DNA from: Planctomycetota bacterium
Lineage (GTDB): Bacteria > Planctomycetota > B15-G4 > JADJEK01
Assembly: GCA_044225365.1 (NCBI GenBank)
Contig: JBGAIQ010000054.1
Coordinates: forward strand, 1-36,164
Reading direction: 5' to 3'
Length of the DNA stretch: 36,164 nucleotides
The stretch's first letter is position 1; each line of letters starts with the position of its first letter. The notes under the pieces were generated by a model. The model was not told where the DNA came from. It did not search any database and worked only from the letters and a program-made list of their open reading frames with translations. Of the stretch, positions 9,599 through 18,235 are shown piece by piece. The position numbers and the translations under genes were made by a program.

Positions 9599-12256
9599 TC
9601 AGTCGTGCACGCCCGTCGACACGGCGATCGCCGTCGCGCGCAGCCCTGACCGGACTTTTGCGCTCCCGATCGCGAACACCACGTCACCGTCATCGGTTTC
9701 GCGGCGCATCTCGATCCGGTAGTCATCGACGGGAAGACGCTCGAACGTCGCGAGCGTGCCGTCGAGTTCGCACCTCTCTGGCTCGAGTTCCTCCTGCGTC
9801 GATTGCGCGATGAATACGAAGCGCCAGTCCTTCCAGGCGAGCTGATCCTCGGGGATCGTCGAAAGGTCGAGGTCGATCCCGCCGGGCGAGATCATTTCCG
9901 CGTCGACGACGACGGATCGCACATTTGGGATCTCCACGCGTCGAGTCTCGGTGACGAGATCACGGTCACAAGCCGCGGGCTCGATCTTCATCACGTACGC
10001 CCCGGCCGGCATCGCGTCGATCGAGTAGCTGCCATCGAGCTCGATCGGGACCGTGAACTCGAGCGAGTCGTTTCGTTCCGGATCCTGGAGCGCGGCCTGC
10101 GGCGTTCGGAAGACCACGGATCCGAGCGTAACCGGTTCTCTTCCCCCTGCGCGCTGGATCCGCCCCTCCACGCAGACGAGATCGACGTCGAACTCCACCC
10201 ATGGCGGCATCGTGGCGAAGTCCACGTAACGGCGGGCGATCGCCGTGAGATCCGGACGATAGAGGACGACGACGCAAGCGTCCTGAAAGACCGGCGCGGA
10301 GCGGATGCGGCCGTTCGTTCCGACGATCACATTCGGGGAATCCGAAGCCCCTTCCACTTCGACATCCACCTCGTACCCGACCGCCGGCGCGCCGCCGATC
10401 CGCGCGACGCCTTCGATCACGTGGAAGGTCGAGGGATCGACGGCGAGGTCTCTTTCGAGGGTGTCGCCGTTCGCGACGTCGATCGCGATTGCTCCCTTGC
10501 ACTCCGTATCGACGTCCCGCTCGAGAGAGTCGGTCCGGGCCGAGCAGGCCTTGCCGGCCCACACCTGCCAAGGACCCGGCGAGGGCAACGTGAGAGAGTA
10601 CAGACCGCCGGCGTCGGCGCACACGGACACCTGGCGGTAAAGCCCTTTCGCGTCGGAATGCAGTTGGATCGCGTTTACTCCGAGCGCGATCCCGTCGAGA
10701 GTCGCGGGAACGAGGATCCGGCCTTCAAGCGTTGCCGCGAAGGAGTCTGCGCGGGGCGAGATGGGCTCCTCGCACGCAACGCCATGCGACCGGTTCGCGA
10801 TCTCATCATGCGAGAGCGCGGGCGCATCGACCATCACGTCGAGGACGGCGTCGCTTCCGCCCGCGGTGGGCTGCGCGAAGTCGTTCGATCGAACGACTTC
10901 GTGATCCAAGCACTCCACCTCGAACACCACCCGCGCAGCGGGATCCGCGGCTCGCGGAAACCCGATGAGCCACCCGAGACTTCCTCGTTCGAGGATCTCG
11001 GTCGGATTGGCTCCGCTCGCGTACGTCGCGGAGATGGACTCCACGTCGGTCCCGTCCTTCACGAAGTGCGTTCGCACTTCGACGGGAGCCAAGCATGCGC
11101 CCGTCGCGGCATCGCGCACGTGAATCCATGCGCGGCGCAATGGCATCAACTCGAACTCGAGCACCGTCGACGGCTCCTTCGCTTCGCGAGGAGGCACGAA
11201 ACTCATGGACTCGAACCCCGCAAGACGCGCCTTCATCGTGCAGTCGCCATGCGCGGGCGTATCGATCCAGCACTCGCCCTTCGCGTCGCTCGTTGCTTCC
11301 AGTTCCCGCCACTGCTCCCACTCGCGATCCGACATGCGGATGCTTTCGTTCAGCCTCACGCCCCCGAGCGGCGCATGGGTCGAGGCATCGTGAAAGGTCA
11401 CTCTCACGCCGACGCAAGGCTCGAGGGTGAGCCGCAGACCTTGGATCACTTCGCCGCAGGCACAAGCGACGACCGGCCGATTCACCGTCCATCGCGGCTC
11501 TCCCCATTGCGGTTGACGGTCGGGGCTCCGCACTTCGAGGAATCCATCCTTCTCTGCGACGACTCGCGTCGCACCCGGCGGCACGCGCCGCAGCTCGAAG
11601 TTGCCGGCAGCATCCGTCGTCGCCCGATTCATCCGGTCGTTCTGCGTGAATACGAGCGCGCCCGCGAGCGGCTGACCGTCGACAGACTCGACACGACCGC
11701 GAAGGACGGCCTCGCGACGCAGGATGCGGTCGCCGACGTCGTAGTCCCGGATCCCGCGAATGTCGAGTTGGTCGGTCGATCGCTCGAGGTAGCCATCGCG
11801 AGTGAAGTCGATGTCGCCGAATTCACGCGGAGCGTCCCCGGCCAGGACGAGTCGGTATCGACCGTCGGATCCGGTCGTCGCTTCCCCGAGGACGCCGAGG
11901 AATTCGCTCGCGGTCCACCCGCTCGCTACGACCGTCGCGCCTTCGATTCCATCGCCGTGATCGTCGAGGACGCGTCCATGCGCAAAGGTCACGAAAGGGT
12001 GCTCGGCCGTCTCGTTCGGTAACCGCGTGCGCTCGACCGGGAGCGGGGCCTCCGTCGATCCTCCCGCCGCCGAGGACAGCGACTCCCCGACTCGCGCGGC
12101 CGCCCCCACGATCTCCGCACTCCCTGGAGGAATCGGGTCTGCCGGAGCGAACATCCCCCTCACGCTCCACAGCAGGACGGTCGAACACACGGCAAGGAGC
12201 GAAGCGAGCCGAATCGGCGCAATGGCGTATCCGCGTCGGGTTGGGTCGGTGAACAC
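9599..12256 (-). CDS. Carboxypeptidase-regulatory-like (prealbumin-fold) repeat surface protein
   Basis: N-terminal TM/signal segment; repeated GRVLDDHGDGIEGATV, GRVESVDGQPLAGALV, TTDAAGNFEL, TTGSDGRYRL units. GTG start with GAGGA RBS. Confidence 0.85.
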   Translation of the reverse strand: MFTDPTRRGYAIAPIRLASLLAVCSTVLLWSVRGMFAPADPIPPGSAEIVGAAARVGESLSSAAGGSTEAPLPVERTRLPNETAEHPFVTFAHGRVLDDHGDGIEGATVVASGWTASEFLGVLGEATTGSDGRYRLVLAGDAPREFGDIDFTRDGYLERSTDQLDIRGIRDYDVGDRILRREAVLRGRVESVDGQPLAGALVFTQNDRMNRATTDAAGNFELRRVPPGATRVVAEKDGFLEVRSPDRQPQWGEPRWTVNRPVVACACGEVIQGLRLTLEPCVGVRVTFHDASTHAPLGGVRLNESIRMSDREWEQWRELEATSDAKGECWIDTPAHGDCTMKARLAGFESMSFVPPREAKEPSTVLEFELMPLRRAWIHVRDAATGACLAPVEVRTHFVKDGTDVESISATYASGANPTEILERGSLGWLIGFPRAADPAARVVFEVECLDHEVVRSNDFAQPTAGGSDAVLDVMVDAPALSHDEIANRSHGVACEEPISPRADSFAATLEGRILVPATLDGIALGVNAIQLHSDAKGLYRQVSVCADAGGLYSLTLPSPGPWQVWAGKACSARTDSLERDVDTECKGAIAIDVANGDTLERDLAVDPSTFHVIEGVARIGGAPAVGYEVDVEVEGASDSPNVIVGTNGRIRSAPVFQDACVVVLYRPDLTAIARRYVDFATMPPWVEFDVDLVCVEGRIQRAGGREPVTLGSVVFRTPQAALQDPERNDSLEFTVPIELDGSYSIDAMPAGAYVMKIEPAACDRDLVTETRRVEIPNVRSVVVDAEMISPGGIDLDLSTIPEDQLAWKDWRFVFIAQSTQEELEPERCELDGTLATFERLPVDDYRIEMRRETDDGDVVFAIGSAKVRSGLRATAIAVSTGVHD

Positions 12257-12422
12257 GTTCCTCGAATCCTCTCATCGATCGCTCCTTGCGAGCGTTCCGA
12301 TCGCCCCGAACGCAAGGTCCGTGCCGCACGCAGGAACGTCAAATCTCCTGCATCCCGATCGCTCGATCCGTACACTGCGCGGCTTCGAATCCACGTAATC
12401 CACAATCCACGGAGCCTTGACG

Positions 12423-15371
12423 GTGCGCCAGTCCTTCCTTCTCGCCTCGCTGCTCGCGGCCGCAGCTCTCGCAGCGCCTGCCTGCAACCTCGTCAAGTCC
12501 GCTTCTTCGTCGAACTCGAGTGAGAACGCAGTGATCCTGCCCTTCCCCGCCCAAGAGAAGACCCTGCCCAACGGCCTCAAGATCATCGTCGTGAAGACGG
12601 GCTTCCCCAACATCGTGTCGCTGCAGATCCCGGTGAAGACCGGATCGCGCAACGAAGTCGAGCCCGGCAAATCGGGGTTCGCGCACTTCTTCGAACACAT
12701 GATGTTCCGCGGTACGAAGAATTATCCGCCCGAGAAGTACCAGGCGATCATGACGAAGGCCGGCGCGCGCCAGAACGCGTTCACGACCTCCGACTTCACG
12801 AACTACCACATCACCTTCGCCGGGGAGGATCTCGAGAAAATCCTCGAGATCGAAGCGGACCGCTTCCAGCACCTCGATTACTCGCTCGCGGCGTTCCAGA
12901 CGGAAGCGCGCGCGGTGCTCGGCGAATACAACAAGAACTTCGCGAACCCCATCTCCAAGCTCTTCGAGGTGGAGCAGAACGCGGCGTTCACCGACCATCC
13001 GTACAAGCACACGACGATGGGCTTCATCGCCGACATCGAGAACATGCCGAACCAGTTCGAGTACTCGAAGACGTTCTTCGATCGCTGGTATCGCCCGGAG
13101 AACACGACCATCGTGCTCGTCGGTGATCTCGACGCGAGCAAGGTCTTCTCGATGGTCGAGAAGTACTGGGCGGCTTGGAAGCCCGGCAACTTCAAGGTCC
13201 ATATCCCGCAGGAGCGCGTCGGCAGCGGCACGATCTATCACGCCGAGAAGGCTTCGGGACCGATGCCGCCGCTCCTCGCCGTCGCGTTCCGCGGCGCGCC
13301 GTTCGACGAGAAGGCCAAGGACATGGCCGCGCTCGAGCTCATGACCGACCTCTACTTCGGCGACACGTCCGACATCTACAACCAGCTCGTTCGCAACGAG
13401 CAGAAGATCGATCTGCTGTTCGGGAACAATGCGACCAACGAGGATCCGGATCTCGTCAACGTCGTCGCGCGCATCAAGGACCCGGCCGACCTGAAGTACG
13501 TTCGCGATGCGATCCTGAAGACTCTCGCGCGCGCCGCGGTGGAGACGATCGACCCGAACAAGCTCGCCGATGCGAAGTCGTTCATGCGCTACAGCTTCGC
13601 TGCAGGCCTCTCGAGCAACGAGGCGATCGGATCGACGCTCGCGCGCTACGTCCGCTATCGCCGCTCGTTCTCGACCGTCAATGAGCTGTTCGCGATGTAT
13701 CAGACGATCACGCCGGAGGACATTCGCGACGTCACGCGCAAGTACGTCTCGACGAGCCCGACCGTCGTCACGGTGATGGCGCACGAAGACGTGCCCGCCG
13801 AACTCGGTGCGTTCGAGTCGATCGACAAGCTCGCCGCGACAATGCAGCCGAACGTCCCGACCGTGAGCGTCGCGGACCTCGGCAAGGTGGCCGCGCCGAG
13901 CCTCGCCGCGGCGGCCTCGCCTGCGGGCGCGGCGCTCTCCGACTCGCAAGTCGTCGTTCAGCGATCCGCGACGCCGCAGATCGTGACGAAGCTCTTGTTC
14001 GAGACAGGCTCCGTGGACGATCCGCCCGGCAAGGAAGGACTCGCGGAGCTCTCGGCACGGATGATCGTGAACGCGGGAAGCCAGGCCCTCACGCTCGACG
14101 AGATCAGCAAGCGGCTGTACCCGATCGCGGGAGACTTCGGCGCGCGCGTCGATCGCGAGATGACCGTCTTCACCGGTTCGATCCACAAGGACAATCTGGA
14201 CCAGTTCGTCGCGATCGCGCTCGAGCAACTCCTCGCGCCCGGCTATCGCGAGGAAGATTTCAAGCGCAACCTCGAGACGGCGAAGAGCGGCTTGCTCGTC
14301 GATCTGCGCGCGAACAACGACGAAGAGCTCGGCAAGGAGCGGTTGCAGGCCAACGTGTTCGCGGGCAGCGGCTACGCGCATCCGACGGCGGGCACCGTCG
14401 CCGGTCTCGATGCGATCACGCTCGAGGACGTGAAGCAGTTCGTCGCGCAGCACTACACCAGCGGCGGTCTCACGCTCGCCGTGTCCGGTGACATCAGCGA
14501 ACCGCAGTTGAATGGCCTGCGCGGCATCCTCGCGCTGCGATTGCCGAAGGGCGCCGCGATGGCGCCGCGGGAGAAGATCGTCGCGCCGCCCGTCAGCGGG
14601 CTCGACGTCGAGATCATCGAGAAGGACACGCGGGCGACCGCACTCAGCCTCGGTCACGCGATCGACGTCCGCCGCGGCGACCCCGATTTCGCGGCGCTCA
14701 ATGTTGCCCGCGCGTGGCTCGGCGAGCATCGCTCGTCGATGAGCTGGCTGTATCAGCGTCTGCGCGAACTGCGCGGGATGAACTACGGCGACTACGCGTA
14801 TATCGAAGCGTTCCCGCGCGGCGGGTCCGGGTTCTTCCCGCCGGCCAACGTGGGACGCCACAACCAGATCTTCGAGATCTGGATCCGACCCGTGCCGCCG
14901 AATCAGGCGCACTTCGCCCTGCGCGCCGCGCTCTACGAATTCGAGAAGCTCGTGAAGAACGGCCTCACGAAGGAGCAGTTCGAGACGACGCGCGAGTACC
15001 TGATGAAGAACGTGTACCTGCTTACGGACGGTCAGGATCGCTCGCTCGGATACGCTCTCGACAGCCGCTTCTACGGCACGCCGGAGTACACGAAGTACAT
15101 GCGCGATGAACTCGCGAAGCTCACGGTCGAACAGGTCAATGCGGCGATGCAGAAGCACTTCTCGCCCGCGAACCTGCACGTCGTGTTCGTGACGAAGGAC
15201 GCCGACGGGCTCGCGAAGGAACTGCTCGCGGACGAATTCTCCGAGATGAAGTACACGGCCGAGAAGCCGGCCGACGTTCTCTCCGAGGACAAGGTGATCG
15301 GCGCAAAGAAGCTCGGCTTGAAGCCGGAACAGGTTCGCGTGACGAAAGTCTCCGACGTGTTCGCGCGGTAG
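12423..15371 (+). CDS. M16 family zinc peptidase (pitrilysin/PqqL-like), two-module fusion, probable lipoprotein
   Basis: Inverted zinc motif GFAHFFEHMMFRGT, NAFT, downstream E; second module with degenerate GKEGLAELSARM and LRELRGMNYG. Signal ends in AAPAC. GTG 12423 is better spaced from GGAG (12411) than TTG 12417. Confidence 0.93.
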   Translation: MRQSFLLASLLAAAALAAPACNLVKSASSSNSSENAVILPFPAQEKTLPNGLKIIVVKTGFPNIVSLQIPVKTGSRNEVEPGKSGFAHFFEHMMFRGTKNYPPEKYQAIMTKAGARQNAFTTSDFTNYHITFAGEDLEKILEIEADRFQHLDYSLAAFQTEARAVLGEYNKNFANPISKLFEVEQNAAFTDHPYKHTTMGFIADIENMPNQFEYSKTFFDRWYRPENTTIVLVGDLDASKVFSMVEKYWAAWKPGNFKVHIPQERVGSGTIYHAEKASGPMPPLLAVAFRGAPFDEKAKDMAALELMTDLYFGDTSDIYNQLVRNEQKIDLLFGNNATNEDPDLVNVVARIKDPADLKYVRDAILKTLARAAVETIDPNKLADAKSFMRYSFAAGLSSNEAIGSTLARYVRYRRSFSTVNELFAMYQTITPEDIRDVTRKYVSTSPTVVTVMAHEDVPAELGAFESIDKLAATMQPNVPTVSVADLGKVAAPSLAAAASPAGAALSDSQVVVQRSATPQIVTKLLFETGSVDDPPGKEGLAELSARMIVNAGSQALTLDEISKRLYPIAGDFGARVDREMTVFTGSIHKDNLDQFVAIALEQLLAPGYREEDFKRNLETAKSGLLVDLRANNDEELGKERLQANVFAGSGYAHPTAGTVAGLDAITLEDVKQFVAQHYTSGGLTLAVSGDISEPQLNGLRGILALRLPKGAAMAPREKIVAPPVSGLDVEIIEKDTRATALSLGHAIDVRRGDPDFAALNVARAWLGEHRSSMSWLYQRLRELRGMNYGDYAYIEAFPRGGSGFFPPANVGRHNQIFEIWIRPVPPNQAHFALRAALYEFEKLVKNGLTKEQFETTREYLMKNVYLLTDGQDRSLGYALDSRFYGTPEYTKYMRDELAKLTVEQVNAAMQKHFSPANLHVVFVTKDADGLAKELLADEFSEMKYTAEKPADVLSEDKVIGAKKLGLKPEQVRVTKVSDVFAR

Positions 15372-15602
15372 GGGCAGACGGCTGTCTGCCCGTCCGGGGT
15401 TTCCCGCAATCGCAACGCCGGGCGAAGAGCCGGAGCCGCGCTGGAGCGCGGCGGTCCGGCGGATCGACCGCGCCGGGGCGTTTCGCGCGAATCGCAACGC
15501 CGGGCGCACCACGGCCAAGGGATTTTGTAGGGGCAGACGGCTGTCTGCCCGTCCGTCGTTTCCCGCAGTCGCAACGTCGGACGCACAGCCGTGCGCCCCT
15601 AC
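15368..15602. repeat. Cluster 1 of GTAG-type REP palindromes (3 copies plus a repeated linker)
   Basis: GTAGGGGCAGACGGCTGTCTGCCCGTC at 15368-15394 (+) and 15527-15553 (+); inverted copy GTAGGGGCGCACGGCTGTGCGTCCGAC at 15576-15602 (-). A linker resembling GTTTCCCGCAATCGCAACGCCGGGCG occurs about three times. Confidence 0.9.
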
Positions 15603-16180
15603 CGTTTCGAGCGTTTTTGCCAGTCGAGCGTTTTGGGGATGCCGCGGGAGAGCAGCCGTGCGGCCTCCTCGGCGGCGACGCGGCCGGCGCGCCGCGCGGC
15701 CTCGATGGCGGTGGGATCGGTGATTTCGCTTGTGACGAAGTTCGGCGGGTCCTGCGGACCGCGCACGATGGCGAGCGGGAGCGACGGCAATCCGTTCTCG
15801 AACGCGACGGCGACGCCCGCCGCGAGGTACGCCGTCGCGATCAATTCCTCATCGCTCGCGCACGTCCTTCCACAGTCGTAGCTCGGGTGGTGCACGCCCT
15901 CGCCGGGCCTCTCGGCCGCGGCCGCCGCGACCGTGGAGGCAACGACCTTGTCGACGCCGGGCAGGCGATACACCGTGAGCCGGTACTTCGAAGCGGGATA
16001 GGGCGCGCCGTCGAGCGGGATCTTGTGCACCCGGTCCTTCACCCGGCGAACGAGGTACGGGATTGAGCGATCTCGCAGATCGACGATCCCGAGAAAAGCG
16101 CGTCTGAACCACCGAAACGGGCCCAATGGCTCGAAGCGCAGCACGTCGCCGGAGACGACTTGCTGGCCTTCCAGCGTCAT
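15599..16180 (-). CDS. Hypothetical protein resembling permuted papain-like NlpC/P60 (YiiX/YaeF) amidases, with a degenerate active site
   Basis: Motif order SGDVLRF, FLGIV, VYRL, PSYD, EELIATAYLAAGV, PPNF mirrors the family pattern GD, HxGI, VYR, PYD, CSELVxxAY, P. Start placed at ATG 16180; upstream alternatives exist. Confidence 0.6.
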   Translation of the reverse strand: MTLEGQQVVSGDVLRFEPLGPFRWFRRAFLGIVDLRDRSIPYLVRRVKDRVHKIPLDGAPYPASKYRLTVYRLPGVDKVVASTVAAAAAERPGEGVHHPSYDCGRTCASDEELIATAYLAAGVAVAFENGLPSLPLAIVRGPQDPPNFVTSEITDPTAIEAARRAGRVAAEEAARLLSRGIPKTLDWQKRSKR

Positions 16181-16479
16181 GGGAATCGTGAGAGCGCCCA
16201 AGCGGACCTCGTCCGGCGCGCGACCGTCGCCCCGCCGTCCCGCCAATCTTGAAGTCCTCTGCCACGAAGTTCTCCCTAATTCCGATCGGCCGGCGTCGTT
16301 TATCATCGTTCGCCGGATCGAGAAACCACGAGGCCGAGAATTCGTCCCATCCCCGCGAATGGACGACGCCCCTCGTGACGTAGGAGTGACGAAAGAATCC
16401 GGGCACGTCTTGCATCCTGCGCGAACACTCGCGCGAGCGAGTGCGGCTCGGTGGGCGATCGAGAACTCGGGAGGATCGA

Positions 16480-18225
16480 ATGCGATCGAGGATCACGCGT
16501 GGATCGTGGATTGCGGTGGGAATGCTGGTCGCGGCGTTCGCGACGAGCGCCGTCGCGGACACGCTCACCAACAAGCAGATCGGCTACTCGCTCTTCGTGC
16601 CGAAGGGTTTCAAGAAGAGCGACAAGGGCGGCTTCTACGACTTCGCCTTCAACCAGGATTACTACGCGCTCGACATCCTGACCTGCGACGAGGAGCTCTA
16701 CATGAAGGAGAGCTTCTCGGGATATCACCGCAAGGTCGCGACCTACTTCTTCCCGACGCGCACCGCCGCGGACATCGCGAAGCTGCGCGAGGAGCGCGCG
16801 AAGAAGAGCGACAAGGACAAAGGGGAGATCGACGCCTGGTTCTCGCTCGATCGCGTGTATCAAGGCTTCGACGAGTACGCGAAGGACAAGATCCAGGGCT
16901 TCTACTTCTCCGACGAGAAGCCGGGCAAGTACGGCGGCTTCGACTGCGTCGTGCGCGAGATGTTCTTCGAGAAGCTCACGCAGGTGCCGCAGCGTTGGAT
17001 CGCCTGCTCCTACAAGGTGCCGGGCGGCGAGTTCGCCGTCCTCTTCACCTGCACCGATCAGCACTTCAAGAAGTTCAAGGGCGAGTGCCAGAAGACGTTC
17101 GGCACGCTGAAGCTCCTCGACGCCGCGGGACCGAAACCAAAGGACCCGCAGAACAAGATCACGATGAACGTCGAAGTCGGCTCCGACGAGAAGGTCGACT
17201 ACAAGAAGATGAGCCTTCAGGAGAAGCTCGACCACGTCGCCGCGGTCCGCGAGAAGGCGTTCAAGAAGGCGAAGGACGACTTGCCGAAGGGTTGGAACTC
17301 GTTCGAGACCGATCACTTCCTGATCTGCCACGATGGCGAACTCGGCAGCGCGAAGGAAGCGTCGCGCCACGCCGAAGCGGTGATCGCGTGGCTCTCCGAG
17401 CGCTTCGGCGCGATCGGCACCGACCCCACGCAGGCGATGATCCTGAAGCTGCACACCAAGGACGAGCAGCCGAATTTCAGCGTCACGACGGGTTCTTCGG
17501 ACCCGGCTCGCGTGATGGTCGTCGACGTGTATCGCGACTTCAACGGCAAGTTCTCGTTCGCGAGCGTCGCCGACGACGTGATGTGGCGCTGGTTCGATCA
17601 GAAGAACCCCGACCTGTCCAGCCGCATGCCGTGGTGGCTGCGCAGCGGCCTCGACGGGATCATGCGCGACTCCGTCGCCAAGGGCACGAAGCTGGACTTC
17701 GGCATGGACATGTGGGAACGCGAGTCGATGACCGACGCGCTGCGCGCCGATCGCGACTTCAAAGGCAAGCCGGAGGAAGCGCCGCTGAAGCCCGTGAAGC
17801 TCCTGCTCCACTCCCCCGCCAAGGACATCTACGGGAAGAACTTCTCGTGGGGCGAAGCGCAATGCTCCAGCACGGTCCGCTACTTCCTGGAGGGTCCCGG
17901 CTCCCGTAACGAGAAGACGAAGACGATCCTCCCCAATTACGTCGCGAATCTCTCCGAGCTCGTCTCCGAAGTCGAAGCGCGGCTCGAAGCGCAGAACAAG
18001 GAAGAATCCGAGCGCAAGAAGAACGGCGGCGAGATGACCGACGAGGAACGGCTCAAGGCCGAGGACGAGGCGTACAAGAAGAAGCGCGAGAACGAGTACT
18101 CGAAGATCGAGAAGGAGCTGCTCGACAAGGCCTTCGCGAAGACCTTCGAGGGCTTCACCGAGAAGGACTGGTCGGCGCTCGACGACAGTTGGAAGATGTT
18201 CGCGAAGAGCCGCGTGAAGAAGTGA
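16480..18225 (+). CDS. Secreted Lys/Glu-rich protein: PsbP/DcrB-like N-domain plus an inactive-looking gluzincin/DUF1570-like domain
   Basis: ATG 16480 with GGGAGGA RBS; signal peptide ending AVA-D; GYSLFVPKGF...FAVLFTC PsbP-like pattern; MPWWLRSGLDGIM echoes PxWxxEGxAE. Very strong C/G third-position bias. Confidence 0.8.
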   Translation: MRSRITRGSWIAVGMLVAAFATSAVADTLTNKQIGYSLFVPKGFKKSDKGGFYDFAFNQDYYALDILTCDEELYMKESFSGYHRKVATYFFPTRTAADIAKLREERAKKSDKDKGEIDAWFSLDRVYQGFDEYAKDKIQGFYFSDEKPGKYGGFDCVVREMFFEKLTQVPQRWIACSYKVPGGEFAVLFTCTDQHFKKFKGECQKTFGTLKLLDAAGPKPKDPQNKITMNVEVGSDEKVDYKKMSLQEKLDHVAAVREKAFKKAKDDLPKGWNSFETDHFLICHDGELGSAKEASRHAEAVIAWLSERFGAIGTDPTQAMILKLHTKDEQPNFSVTTGSSDPARVMVVDVYRDFNGKFSFASVADDVMWRWFDQKNPDLSSRMPWWLRSGLDGIMRDSVAKGTKLDFGMDMWERESMTDALRADRDFKGKPEEAPLKPVKLLLHSPAKDIYGKNFSWGEAQCSSTVRYFLEGPGSRNEKTKTILPNYVANLSELVSEVEARLEAQNKEESERKKNGGEMTDEERLKAEDEAYKKKRENEYSKIEKELLDKAFAKTFEGFTEKDWSALDDSWKMFAKSRVKK

Positions 18226-18235
18226 GGGCGGAACG

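Noticed and set aside
12339-15518. 1059-aa ORF antisense to the M16 peptidase
   Set aside because: Shadow frame: strong sense-strand codon bias removes stops on the reverse strand. The product is Arg/Val/Leu-rich with no motifs.
15599-16306. ORF next to REP cluster 1 as the RAYT transposase
   Set aside because: No HUH (HxH) motif in Y1-transposase context and no NPxxxG signature; the motifs fit a permuted papain-like fold instead.
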